A stretch of DNA of 64,000 nt. Source: Terriglobia bacterium (lineage in GTDB: Bacteria; Acidobacteriota; Terriglobia; 20CM-2-55-15). Positions within the stretch are counted from its first letter, which is position 1. Every line of letters begins with the position of its first letter. Made by a program: the position numbers and the translations under genes. The stretch lies in assembly GCA_965198225.1 (NCBI GenBank), contig CBDAOY010000005.1, positions 608,001 to 672,000 on the forward strand. Reading direction: 5' to 3'. The notes below the pieces were generated by a model, which had not been told where the DNA came from, searched no databases, and worked only from the letters and a program-made list of their open reading frames with translations. Of the stretch, positions 19,596 to 29,524 are shown piece by piece.

Positions 19596-20984
19596 CAGGA
19601 TTGCCTCGGATGTGCTGTCCGTGCGGAAGTCGGCAACCGGCGTACCCGCGCCCTCATTGTGTGTAACCTCATCGCGCAGGTAGGCGCGCAGGGAGGCCAG
19701 CGTTGGACTCCCCAAATCTAGAATGCGCGGGTGGCCGAGAACGATCAGGGCTCGACGCGCGCGGCTGACAGCTACGTTCAGGAGGTTTCTTTCCCGTTCT
19801 ATCCAACGGGCGCCGCTCGGGGCCATGCCGGGAGAAAGCACGGAAGACAACAAGATCGCCTCACGTTCGCCTCCCTGAAACCGGTGTGCGGTTCCGCTCT
19901 CAAAGTCGATTTCTTCCAGGCGATCTGGGCCGATTTGCCTCTTGGCGATCCGCTCGATGAGTTTCGCCTGCGCGGTGAACGGAGTCACCACGCCAACGGA
20001 GTCATAACCGGATTCGATGACGGCCCGAAGTTGTCTCACCGTTTGCTCCGCCTCCGCTCGGTTGAGCCAACTCCCAGCGGGGGGCCGTGTTGCCGCACCG
20101 TCGACATCAACCCAGCAGATAGCGCGATCCCGCTGGGATGTGTCGGAGACATCCGTCAACACGGTGAGTTCACCAGCGTAGAACGTCCTGTTGAACCAAC
20201 GGGCGATGTGTGGGTGGCAGCGGTAATGCTCGTTGAGAAGAACCGGTGTTTCAGGTCTCACAGCAAACTCAAACGCGGAGTAGGCCGAACCGGATTTGTG
20301 GTGGATGCCGCGCTCGCGCAGATCGTCGTTGTCGAACCCGGTTTGCGTGGCGATCTCCTGCAAGAGTCCATCGCTGAGGGAAACGATTGGATTCAGTTGG
20401 CAGGGGTCTCCCACGACCGCCAGACGTTTGGCGCGGTAGGCCAAAGGCAGCACATTGGCGAGGCTGCACTGGCTGGCCTCGTCGACGATCACAAGATCAA
20501 ACAGCCCGGACTCCAATGGGAAATTGGAATCCGCTGTGAGTGCCGTGCACGCCCAGCCTCGTAAGTGACGGAACGAATTGCCGACTGCACGTTTGAAACG
20601 ATCGCTGTGGGCGGGAATCGTGTTGAAAGCCGCGAGACGGTCGGCGCCAGAGGCGACTCGCCCTGCGGCCTCCACGCGGATCGCGCGAAGGCTAGCATCG
20701 GCCCATTTCTGGTCGGCGTCCCGCACGCTGATCGCCGGGTCGCCGACTGCGGACTTCAGTTGGCGGCGTTCGGTTTGTTTGTTTGCCAGTTGGGTCGTCA
20801 GCGCTGCCCTACGCTGATCAATTTGTGCCCAGCTGGCGAGTTGCTCCAATGGGGCAGTTTCCGAACAGCCGAGCCGCCTGCGGAAGCGCCGCGCTCGGAA
20901 GCGGCGGAACCACCACGTCCGCAACAATCGTCTGGTTCGCCGCTCGATTTCACGGGAACTGATGGGCAGTTCAGGAGGGCGCGC

Positions 20985-21071
20985 ACCCGGCCTACATCGT
21001 GATGTCGGCCAGTGATCGCTTCCAGCATCCCACCCGGCACGTGAACGAACTCTGGCAAACCGACTTCACCC
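20985..21071 (+). pseudogene. IS3 OrfB fragment
   Basis: AYIVMSASDRFQHPTRHVNELWQTDFT. Confidence 0.6.
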
Positions 21072-21309
21072 AGCGTTGTTGCATGGATCGGGGTGGAGAT
21101 GGAATTCGCCCTTTCCCAAGCGGTAGCGTCAGGCGATGCGTTCGAACACAGGCCGTCCGAGTGCGGTCATTGTGTTCAGGACTTTCTGGCCGACCTTGAT
21201 TTCCGTGATCTGCCTGGAGAAGCTGCGGGATTTGAGCTTGGGGCCGATGACGCTCTTCCAACGGCCGATCTGCGTTTCTATCCGGCTGCGCTGGTTGTAC
21301 CCTGTGGCC
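21072..21309 (-). mobile_element. 3' remnant of the IS5 element seen at 8267-9370
   Basis: Near-identical to the reverse complement of about 9133-9370, including the IR; encodes ATGYNQRSRIETQIGRWKS...FERIA. Confidence 0.9.
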
Positions 21310-21437
21310 GCCTCCTTACATCCCTGCACGCTGCGGCTCTGGGCAACGAGGACACGAATCATCTGGGTTGCATTTTGGTAACATAGGGGGCACCCGCGAT
21401 ATACGGGACCGTTCAACGAATAACAGAGAACTCGTCG

Positions 21438-21869
21438 TTGGTCAAGCAGAAAAGAATTGGTGAAGAACTGATCTCAGAGCGCCTTCAGTCTGATCTCGAC
21501 ACGTTGTCCAGGCTTGTCCAGAAGTACAGGAAGGCGTCAGGCCTCACGCAAGCGGAGTTGGCTAAACTGGCTGGAGTTTCTGATCAGTTCATCCGGCGCA
21601 TTGAGAAGACTGTGAAGGGAATCAACGTGCCCTCCGCGTTTGCCCTCTATCGGATATCCAAAGTACTGGACGTAGATATCGAAGAACTCTTGAAGCACAT
21701 TCGGACGGCTGAAGACTTGGTAGACCGAAGTTTCAGAGAAGCTGTCAGGAACCGCGATTTCGAGAAGTTCGGAGTGGCCATGGCTGGCCGAGTCCGCCTA
21801 GACTTCGACAGCAAGCGAAGTATGCTGGAACTCCTAAGACGTGCAAGGCAGGCTGGAAAGGATTCCTGA
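21438..21869 (+). CDS. XRE-family HTH transcriptional regulator
   Basis: YRKASGLTQAELAKLAGVS.QFI.RIE...PS...L..IS.VL.V.IEEL. Confidence 0.85.
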   Translation: MVKQKRIGEELISERLQSDLDTLSRLVQKYRKASGLTQAELAKLAGVSDQFIRRIEKTVKGINVPSAFALYRISKVLDVDIEELLKHIRTAEDLVDRSFREAVRNRDFEKFGVAMAGRVRLDFDSKRSMLELLRRARQAGKDS

Positions 21870-22121
21870 GCTCAGAGAACGCCTGTTCGACTGGCTCAGC
21901 GACGAACTGATAAGTGTCGCCCGGTCGGCACGACCTGTTGACCTCCTGAGGCTCGTTCAGGAGCAGCTCAGAATCAAGCTCTTTGCGACAGCGCGAGTCC
22001 GTCCAATGGCGCCTGTGCCTACTGGACTTCTCGTAAGAGACTATGGAGGAGACTTCGCAAGGGCGGGGTGGGACGCTCAGAATGATCCTGTGCAGAGCAA
22101 TTAATCTTTTTAAGAACATCT

Positions 22122-22577
22122 CTAATCTCCTCCCCAGGATCCAAATCCTCCACCGAAGTCGAATCCGCCCCAATCGGCACTGGATCCAAAGGACGATCCT
22201 GACTCCGATCCCGACGAGGGAGTTCCTGTAGAATTACTATCTGCTATTGCTGCGCCGTCTTCTCGGTTCGGGCCGGGCGAGGATGAACCCTCGGATGTGC
22301 TTTCGGCGGTTGCCTGTGCGATTGCTATGTCAAACATCTCGTGATAATCCTGCGAGAAATCGTCGGCGGGCTGGATCAATCCTTCGCGTTCAGCGTGACG
22401 CGCAAGGGCTCCTGCGATCCAGAGATTCTGTTCACCCGAAAACCAAACGGATTGGTCATCGATCTCGTCCTCTTCGCCGTCGGATTCACGTTTGGTTTCG
22501 TTCGTTTCTTCATCATCATTCTCTGTGTTTGAACCAGGATCCGTAATCCAACTCGGCGGGTTGTTGCTGCGTGACAT
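22122..22577 (-). CDS. Acidic, low-complexity hypothetical protein with a Gly/Ser/aromatic-rich C-terminus
   Basis: Open ORF; start at 22577 or 22613 (GGAGAGG RBS precedes 22613). Confidence 0.5.
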   Translation of the reverse strand: MSRSNNPPSWITDPGSNTENDDEETNETKRESDGEEDEIDDQSVWFSGEQNLWIAGALARHAEREGLIQPADDFSQDYHEMFDIAIAQATAESTSEGSSSPGPNREDGAAIADSNSTGTPSSGSESGSSFGSSADWGGFDFGGGFGSWGGD

Positions 22578-22731
22578 CGTCCAGCGCCATTCTCTTGAAT
22601 TCTTCTCTTCCATAACTAAACCTCTCCTTGTGCGGGTCGAGCTAGGGCGGGGGGAGGGGGGAACGAGGAGGGGTATAAACCCCCTCGCGCCGTTCTCTTT
22701 TCCTCCGCCCTAGTTCTCAACTGATCAGTTA

Positions 22732-22917
22732 CTACTGGTCGTCGGTGTCGCTCAATGCCGCGAGGGCTTTCCTACGGCGTCTGATCCGAAACTTGTTGGT
22801 CTTCATCGTTTCCGAAAGTCGGGCGTTCTCAGCTTCGAGTCGCCGGACTTCCTCGCGGATGAGATCTCTGGGGTCCTGGGTGGTTTCATCGTGCTTGATC
22901 GGAACAGGTGAAGACAT
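22732..22917 (-). CDS. Small coiled-coil hypothetical protein
   Basis: AGGAGG RBS; helical heptad pattern. Confidence 0.5.
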   Translation of the reverse strand: MSSPVPIKHDETTQDPRDLIREEVRRLEAENARLSETMKTNKFRIRRRRKALAALSDTDDQ

Positions 22918-23070
22918 GCTTCCTCCTTCTTGGGTAACGCTTTGGGTAACGACGACACCAAAAAGCTTCGAAACGCACAGAAACGCTTCGAAGCTTCAGT
23001 CTTCGTTAGCTTCTGTGTTTTCAAAAAGGTAGGAAGAGTTTCGAAAAGGACAGGAATCGCAGAGCGGATT

Positions 23071-23122
23071 TTCAGGATCTAGTGGGGGCAACCCCGTGGA
23101 GGTTCGAGTCCTCTTTTCGGCA
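23071..23122 (+). other. 3' half of tRNA-Leu(CAG): attachment-site (attR-like) duplication, copy 1
   Basis: TTCAGGATCTAGTGGGGGCAACCCCGTGGAGGTTCGAGTCCTCTTTTCGGCA: anticodon loop, long variable arm, T arm and acceptor 3' strand; no 5' half. Confidence 0.85.
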
Positions 23123-23347
23123 TCTCCTTTCGAGGGCACCAGGGCCACACGGGCTCGTTCTGAGTAAGAATCCGAAACGGGTTTCCCTTCAGTCACTCTA
23201 ACTGCCTGAGTTTTTGGGCTGAGAATCAGTTAACAGTGGACAAACAGCTCGGGACAACGCATCCTTCTTCCTAATCTCAATCCCTACGTCTACGCAGCAT
23301 CGGTTAGAAGACCATTCAGCGGGTATTGCCGCTCTTGGAGGCCGCGT

Positions 23348-24187
23348 ATGGCACGCTTACTCGATCGCCCTGAAACGCAGTTCGTATTGTTGTTGCTGGC
23401 TCTAGCAGCGGCCAGCGTGTTCGTACCTCATGCTGAAGCTCAGGTTCTCGGATCAGTGAGCACGGTCGGACCGGTCCACCTGCGGGGTGTGCTCATAAGC
23501 GGAGAGGGCACGTTATTCCCGAACGACTCTCTTGAAGTACCCGCGGGGGCCTACGCAAAAGTCCTACTCGCCACGGGCGCCAGGATCGAATTGGGCGACA
23601 AAAGCCGTTTGACCCTGGTTAGCGAAGGTCGAGGCGTTCAGCTTGTGCTCGATTCGGGGGTTCTTGGCTTCGCTGAATCCGGAAGCCCACCGATTATCGT
23701 GACGGTCGCAGGTGCCCACGTCGTTGGCAGTGGAGGAGCTGTCGGGCTGATCGAGTACTCCGGTGATGAATTTGCCAGCTTGGAGGTCTTGAAGGACGAC
23801 GTCACCGTGTATGAATCGTCCGAATCTGCATTCACCCTGAGTGAGGGTGACAAAGAGGTTCTGCGCGTCAAGCAGGCAAGTGCGGAAGCGGGTCTGGGGG
23901 AATCGATTGCTCCTTGGCTCTTGACGAGCGCGCTGGTTGCTGGAGCTGGGCTCGGCAGGCCGGACGTGACCAGATTGGAAGGCGCCGTCACTCAGCCCGT
24001 GGTTCAGCCCGTTTCGGTCCTTTCCGAGCGGAGGGCCAGGGGCGTTCGTCACAGGAAAGTCAAATCGGGCAAACGCGCCTCGCCGAGTAAGCCGTCGAAG
24101 AAATCCGAGAAGAGTGAGAAGAGCGAGAAAAGTAGCAAGAGCGAGCGACAAGAGCTCGATCGAAGAAAGCGAAGCGCTAGTTCGTAG
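23348..24187 (+). CDS. Secreted FecR-like beta-domain protein with a basic SEK-repeat tail
   Basis: Signal peptide; LFPNDSLEV..G..A.V.L..G.RIELG..S.L; C-terminal KKSEKSEKSEKSSKSE. Confidence 0.6.
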   Translation: MARLLDRPETQFVLLLLALAAASVFVPHAEAQVLGSVSTVGPVHLRGVLISGEGTLFPNDSLEVPAGAYAKVLLATGARIELGDKSRLTLVSEGRGVQLVLDSGVLGFAESGSPPIIVTVAGAHVVGSGGAVGLIEYSGDEFASLEVLKDDVTVYESSESAFTLSEGDKEVLRVKQASAEAGLGESIAPWLLTSALVAGAGLGRPDVTRLEGAVTQPVVQPVSVLSERRARGVRHRKVKSGKRASPSKPSKKSEKSEKSEKSSKSERQELDRRKRSASS

Positions 24188-24321
24188 CAAGTCGCGATTG
24201 GCGAGGCTTGTCCCTCCCGTTTATCGCCCGCAGTAAAGCTCAGCTTCTCGCACCTTTTCAGAAGAATCCGGGAACGAAGACGAAAAACCTTTACTCAACG
24301 AACCACGCGCCGGAAGACGGC

Positions 24322-24354
24322 TTCAGGATCTAGTCGTGGAGGTTCGACCCGGCA
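24322..24354 (+). other. Degenerate tRNA-Leu 3' fragment, copy 2
   Basis: TTCAGGATCTAGT-CGTGGAGGTTCGA-CCCGGCA with internal deletions. Confidence 0.65.
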
Positions 24355-24794
24355 CTCTGCAGTTTGTAGGTCACCTACCGCAAGCTCCTCTATTTCAGCC
24401 CAATGTCCCTAGCAATCTTCCGGAGCAGCGTTTGAAATATCGCGACCCTCCCGGTAGTTCCGACCGTCAGTGTGACCAAACTGTGTATGAGAACCGCGTT
24501 GACGGACTTCGACAAAAAGTCTTCTAGAAGTGCGACAGCTTCTCGCAACCTGAATTTCACGATTCCAACTTTCTGTGGGCGAACGGAATCCGGGAACGCC
24601 AAGTAACCCACGAAAATCTCGCTCGACTCAAAGCTTTGACGCTCCCTCAACGAATCACGTGATTCGTACTCAATACTAAGAAGTTGGCCACCTCCGGTTT
24701 GTTGCCCTCCCCGAAACGCAGCTTTTCGTAACCTTTCACATCTTCTGTCGGCGAAAAATCCGGCAGGACGGCTTCAGGTACTCTCCTGGACGGC

Positions 24795-24839
24795 TTCAGG
24801 AGTGGGGGCAACCCCGTGGAGGTTCGAGTCCTCTCGGCA
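24795..24839 (+). other. tRNA-Leu 3' fragment, copy 3
   Basis: TTCAGG-AGTGGGGGCAACCCCGTGGAGGTTCGAGTCCTCT-CGGCA. Confidence 0.78.
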
Positions 24840-25001
24840 TTCGACTCGCGGTTGTTCCTGCCTACGCTTCTCACCGTTGGGTAACGTCTTGGAATGATCC
24901 TGCAAGGACTTGAACGGCGTCGCTTGCATCGCCAAAGCCCGTCGTTGCGGAGCAAGAACTCAGTGGCGCTGGGCCACACAGCACGTTAGTTAGTCTCTTG
25001 C

Positions 25002-25607
25002 TCAGAACTCCCACCGAAAAAACTGGACTTCGGTCCGGCGGGTAGCGGCCCATCGCAACGTCGGCAACCATCTGGCGCGAGCCGGGTCGGTCACGACCGT
25101 GATATTCGTACTCCTGCGGTCTTTCTCGCGCCCCATGAAGTACCCGGCTAGACCACCGCCGACGGTCACGAGGCCGGCCACTACGTTTCGCGTGTCGGAA
25201 TCGGTGCCGCTTGGGCCTGTGATCGCGAAGGTTGAAATGAGTGTGGCTCCGAGGAAACCGACGCCCGCTCCAATCCAGCGCCAGCGGATACTTTCCTCGA
25301 TCAGCTGCACGGAAGAGACCGACGCGCGATCGATGGACCTGAGCCCCTTCGGATATGCCCCATCGTCGTCCGTCTTCCTGATGTTGATTTCGATACCAGT
25401 TTCCCGGACGATGCGCACCCTTCCCTCGATGCGTGGTCCGTCGGTGAGCGTCAACGCGACCATTTCCCTGTTGATGACGCTTCCCAACTCGTCCCACGTC
25501 AGGTTCAGTCCCTCGTCCTGAGCTTCCAGAGCTACCGGCGTGAGGAAGAAACACATCACGCAGAGCGCCAGAGCTCTCAGGGGCGGAGAACTCCTTCTCA
25601 AGGGCAT
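25002..25607 (-). CDS. Hypothetical exported/membrane protein
   Basis: Signal peptide, LSm-like beta segment and two glycine-rich hydrophobic helices. Confidence 0.6.
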   Translation of the reverse strand: MPLRRSSPPLRALALCVMCFFLTPVALEAQDEGLNLTWDELGSVINREMVALTLTDGPRIEGRVRIVRETGIEINIRKTDDDGAYPKGLRSIDRASVSSVQLIEESIRWRWIGAGVGFLGATLISTFAITGPSGTDSDTRNVVAGLVTVGGGLAGYFMGREKDRRSTNITVVTDPARARWLPTLRWAATRRTEVQFFRWEF

Positions 25608-25713
25608 GACCCTCTTTGATGAACAAACCTGAACAAAACTCCGTGAATGTTATGAAGCGTAGTGGTTGTGGGCAGCAAAATCTCACCTCCCGGTAATAGT
25701 GTTAACGCCAATG

Positions 25714-27087
25714 CTAGTTGCCGACACTTTCCCTCTCATCCACGGCAGGATTTCCTTCGTCCGTCCCGGCGTTGGACAATCGCTCGCGCATCGAGGACAA
25801 GGTGCGGTCCAGGGACTCCCTCGCCACGCCGCTGATTATCGGACGCACGAACAGCTTGAGGATCGCCGGAATCGACCGGCTCAACGTCAGCGATTCGCAC
25901 TCGACCAGCACGCCTCCCGACACTTCCTGGTAGCGCCAGTACGAGTTCAGGCGCCACAGGAACCCCCGGTCCGAGCCTTCCGGCTTCTCGCGTTCCGACG
26001 GCGTGCCCACGTCTGCCAGTTCAGCGATCTTGGTCGCAATGGTACGGCTCGACGCCCGCCCCGGGCCATGGCGGTTGTAGAGGACCACGTGCTCGGTGTT
26101 GTAGGTGACGGTGACGATCTTCGAACGAACCAGCTTGAGGTAGACGCGAATCGAGTCGTCTGTCCGTTCAAGGACCTGGGCCTCGAGGACATCCTCCTGC
26201 AGATGTTCGGGAGCGTCGGGACGTCGGACAGCGTCCAGCACGACCTCCAGTGTGACTCCGGGAATGAACACCGAGCCTCGCCAGTGGTGAATCATCCCTC
26301 CACGAACTTTGATGTCGCTGCCGTCGGCCCGCGCCGTCTTCGCTTTCGAAACTACAAGCCTGCCGGAAACGACCGTCCTGCGGTCTGTTCGCGCCTGGGT
26401 CGGGTCTTCGAAATCCTGTGCGAAGAAACCACTTTCGGAATTGAGTTCTCCCTCGATCCGTCTCTCCGTGAGGTCGACGTACTCGCTCCAGGCTTCGAGC
26501 GTTTCCGGGCGTAATCCCTGCGCATGCAGCGTGGTCAGGGAACCGGCTACAGCGCACACCACGAGATATGTACGAATGTACTTCCATAAAACGACGGAAG
26601 GTGGCATGACGCTCTCCTCCATGGTGCTTCCCGGCTCCGTCAGAAGACCGGTGACCGCCTTCTTGAACACGAGGCGGTCGCTGAAAAAGAAGTTCATGAC
26701 TGAACATGCGGTTATCGACATGCCGCTTGCAGCGAGGTAGTGGATCGCGAAGTGTCCCGCCAGAATACTCATGAAGATGAGATTCTGTGCGATCGAGACC
26801 AGACCGACTGTCAAGTTGAACCGGATCAGTCTGGAGATGGTTCCAGCACGCCCACCGTCCGCACGATCCAGCCAGGTCCAGCGCTCGTGCCACGTAAAGT
26901 TGTTCAGCACTGCCGCTTCAACCGCGAGGGCGGTAGCCCCCAGATAGTGAACCCCGCAGAGGCGCAGTGCGCTCAGGACGGACAACTGAACGCCGACACC
27001 CGTCATGCCGACGAGGTTGAAGTGGATCCAGCGACGGAAGGTAGAATTCAATTGGATTTCGCACCCCGGCATATCGATCCTCTTCAA
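25714..27087 (-). CDS. GtrA-family membrane domain fused in frame to a secreted hypothetical domain
   Basis: RWIHFNLVG..GV.VQL...AVEAAVLNNF.WHERWT (GtrA); a second signal-like segment after about residue 160; HHWRGSVFIPG and GFLWRLNSYWRY motifs. Confidence 0.75.
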   Translation of the reverse strand: MKRIDMPGCEIQLNSTFRRWIHFNLVGMTGVGVQLSVLSALRLCGVHYLGATALAVEAAVLNNFTWHERWTWLDRADGGRAGTISRLIRFNLTVGLVSIAQNLIFMSILAGHFAIHYLAASGMSITACSVMNFFFSDRLVFKKAVTGLLTEPGSTMEESVMPPSVVLWKYIRTYLVVCAVAGSLTTLHAQGLRPETLEAWSEYVDLTERRIEGELNSESGFFAQDFEDPTQARTDRRTVVSGRLVVSKAKTARADGSDIKVRGGMIHHWRGSVFIPGVTLEVVLDAVRRPDAPEHLQEDVLEAQVLERTDDSIRVYLKLVRSKIVTVTYNTEHVVLYNRHGPGRASSRTIATKIAELADVGTPSEREKPEGSDRGFLWRLNSYWRYQEVSGGVLVECESLTLSRSIPAILKLFVRPIISGVARESLDRTLSSMRERLSNAGTDEGNPAVDERESVGN

Positions 27088-27782
27088 CCGGAGGTGCGGC
27101 CCCGGACAAGGGGTTCTTCCTGGGAAAGTGTTCTCGTGTTCCTGACAGCTGAAACAGTCAGCGCTACGGCCATTCCCGCAATGGCGCAGGCCCCTCCCAC
27201 GTCGAAAAGAAGAAACGGCCCCAGACTGCCCAACCAGACAACCGGTTTGAACAGCAGGCGCAATGTGCCGATGGCCAGGACGACCCGCAGTTCGGTCGGA
27301 CCGATCCGCATGAACGCGAGGCGGAAGACTCCCAGGGCGTGGGTGGCGAGATACGACTCCGCGGCGACCATCAAATAGCCCACGAGTACCCCCCAGGCCA
27401 CGGCGGGACTCACGTAGCCCGAAGCTGCCAGCCCACCCAGGAGAAAGAAGGCCCCGACCGTATCGATGACGTGGTCGACGTAGAAGCCGTATCGGGGTCG
27501 CTGGCAGTCACGGACCCGCGCGAGGGTTCCGTCCAGGCTGTCGCCGAACCAGTTGAGCGCCAGCGCCGCGACAGCGACCAGCAGCGCTCGTTCGTCCCAC
27601 CGCGCGGCCCAGTAGGCCAGGCCGGCAAGCAACATGCCGATCAAACCCACCAGCGTGAGGTGGTCCGATTTGATCCAGCGTGGGAGTCTTCGAGCGATCC
27701 AGACGAGTACTCGCTTCTCGATCGCCATCAGTATGCTTCGATGCTCGCGAACGTGGGGGATAGTCGCCGCCATTGGGTTCAC
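27084..27782 (-). CDS. CDP-alcohol phosphatidyltransferase family protein
   Basis: DSLDGTLARVR..QRPRYGFYVDHVID motif. Confidence 0.9.
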   Translation of the reverse strand: MNPMAATIPHVREHRSILMAIEKRVLVWIARRLPRWIKSDHLTLVGLIGMLLAGLAYWAARWDERALLVAVAALALNWFGDSLDGTLARVRDCQRPRYGFYVDHVIDTVGAFFLLGGLAASGYVSPAVAWGVLVGYLMVAAESYLATHALGVFRLAFMRIGPTELRVVLAIGTLRLLFKPVVWLGSLGPFLLFDVGGACAIAGMAVALTVSAVRNTRTLSQEEPLVRGRTSG

Positions 27783-27885
27783 CTCCTGATTCCCTTCACT
27801 GATTAATGTGAAAAGGAGACCAAAACGGGCTCAGCTTTTTTTTCGAGGGGAGGAGACTTTGGAGAAGCCCGCGTCCAGACGGAGG

Positions 27886-27953
27886 TGTAGGGGCGGTCTA
27901 TGACCGCACATTCTTCGAACCGAGAACACGTCCGCTCATACAGCGCACCTACA
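27886..27953. repeat. GTAG-family REP doublet (REPIN-like)
   Basis: TGTAGGGGCGGTCTATGACCGC ... CGCTCATACAGCGCACCTACA in inverted arrangement. Confidence 0.75.
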
Positions 27954-28000
27954 CCCGATCCTGGAGTTTCGCGTTTCTCAGCGCCGAGATAGGCCTCGGT

Positions 28001-29524
28001 CTAGCGGTCGGATCGGTTCGCCGCGGGGAAAACGGAGTGGACCGTCGACGGCTCGATGACCTCGGAAACGACGAAATAGCCCACCGCGACCGAAGCAAGG
28101 ATACCTGCCATCAGATGGTCTTGGAACACTGCGACGGCCGCCCCCAGCAGGACCGCAGCGAAGAACCGATCGACCAGCCGCATCCTTGGTGACGCCCGGT
28201 TCATCTCCTCTTCGAGAGCCACGCGGTTGAAATGGGAGGTGAACAGCAGATGCACTCGCACGATGCCGTTCGCTATCGCGCAAGCCAGCACCCCGAAGAA
28301 AGAAAGCAGCAGGGACAGGCCGGGATTCTCTTCCTTGACTTGCCACAGGACGACCACCATGACGCTGTAAAGCAGTATGACCAGGATCTGGTGAACAGCC
28401 CACCAGTAGCTCCGAAGGCCGGTCGCGGCGGTTTGTCGGTCAGCAGAATCGTGGGCCGCGGCGACGTCCGTTTGCTCGGTCGTTCCGTGCATCCGGGTTA
28501 AAGCGAATGCCCGGAGTTCGGTCGCAAGCTGCCGGGTTGATCGCGGCCGCTGTTCCGGTTCCTTTCTCAGACACTTCTGGATGAGTTGTTCGAGCGCCGG
28601 CGCCCTTCCAGATAGAGTTTCGAGTCGCGGGGGTTCGTTTTCGAGGATGTTGGCAGTGGTTGCGGCGGTAGTCGGGGCCTGGAACGGGTGCTTTCCACTG
28701 GCGAACTCATAGAGCATGACGCCCAGGGAGAAAACGTCACTCAAGTGGTCCACGGATTCGCCTCGCAGTTGCTCTGGCGACATATAGGCGGGCGTTCCAA
28801 GAAGCATGCCCTTCTGGGTCAAACGCTGTTGCATGGGGTCGGTCCCGGGGATCAGGGCCAGTCCGAAATCGACAATCTTGAGGTTGCCCTCGTCATTCCG
28901 GATGACGTTCTCGGGTTTCAGATCTCGATGAACGATCCCCTTCTCGTGAGCAGCGGCGAGGCCCTCGGCCAGCTGGAGCGCCGAGCCGACAACCGTATCG
29001 ATCGAGAACGGGGCCCCTTCCAGTTCGGTTCGCACCGTCTGGCCCGGTACGTGCTCGCTGATGATGTAGAAGCGACCCTCGACTTCCTCCAGGGCGTAGA
29101 TCGTCGCAATCGCCGGGTGGGACAGGGAAGCCGCCACGGTGGCCTCCCGACGGAATCGGGCTTGCTGCTTGTCGTCAAAGAGCAGATTCGGTGACAGCGC
29201 CTTCAGGGCCACGTTCCGTCGCAGGCGTGTATCTTCAGCCAGGTAGACCACGCCCATCCCACCCCTGCCGATTTCCCGCTGGACCAGATACGGGCCTACA
29301 TACTGGCCTTCCGTTAGCGGATCGCCCGGCTCGGACAACATTGCGGTCTCGAGGAAACTACGGGTTTCGAGATGGGAGGCCAGCAGAGAAGACAGTTCCC
29401 GTCGCAGGCCTTCGTCGCCCGCACAGGCCTTTTCCAAAAAAGCCTCGCGCTTCCCGGGCTCCATTTCGATGGCAGCCTCGAAGATTTGCCTCAGCTGGCG
29501 GAACCTTGCGCTCGCGGGATTCAA
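28001..29524 (-). CDS. Hanks-type Ser/Thr protein kinase with C-terminal TM helices
   Basis: GRGGMGVVY, VALK, HRDLKPEN, DFGLA, GTPAYMSPEQ. Confidence 0.95.
   Translation of the reverse strand: MNPASARFRQLRQIFEAAIEMEPGKREAFLEKACAGDEGLRRELSSLLASHLETRSFLETAMLSEPGDPLTEGQYVGPYLVQREIGRGGMGVVYLAEDTRLRRNVALKALSPNLLFDDKQQARFRREATVAASLSHPAIATIYALEEVEGRFYIISEHVPGQTVRTELEGAPFSIDTVVGSALQLAEGLAAAHEKGIVHRDLKPENVIRNDEGNLKIVDFGLALIPGTDPMQQRLTQKGMLLGTPAYMSPEQLRGESVDHLSDVFSLGVMLYEFASGKHPFQAPTTAATTANILENEPPRLETLSGRAPALEQLIQKCLRKEPEQRPRSTRQLATELRAFALTRMHGTTEQTDVAAAHDSADRQTAATGLRSYWWAVHQILVILLYSVMVVVLWQVKEENPGLSLLLSFFGVLACAIANGIVRVHLLFTSHFNRVALEEEMNRASPRMRLVDRFFAAVLLGAAVAVFQDHLMAGILASVAVGYFVVSEVIEPSTVHSVFPAANRSDR

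Larger units (their letters stand above)
17906..20927 (-). pseudogene. SF1 (DNA2/NAM7-like) helicase with C-terminal DUF559/Vsr-like nuclease, 5'-truncated and split by IS256
   Basis: FDLVIVDEASQ, VGDPCQL, HYRCHP.I, VVTPF.AQ, TAHRFQGGE, NVAVSRAR. After removing the IS the protein continues DFA...VEVDG..H...QD..RD..L..LGW.ILRI. Confidence 0.88.

Noticed and set aside
23071-23122. Functional tRNA-Leu gene
   Set aside because: The 5' acceptor strand and D arm are missing; called an att remnant instead.
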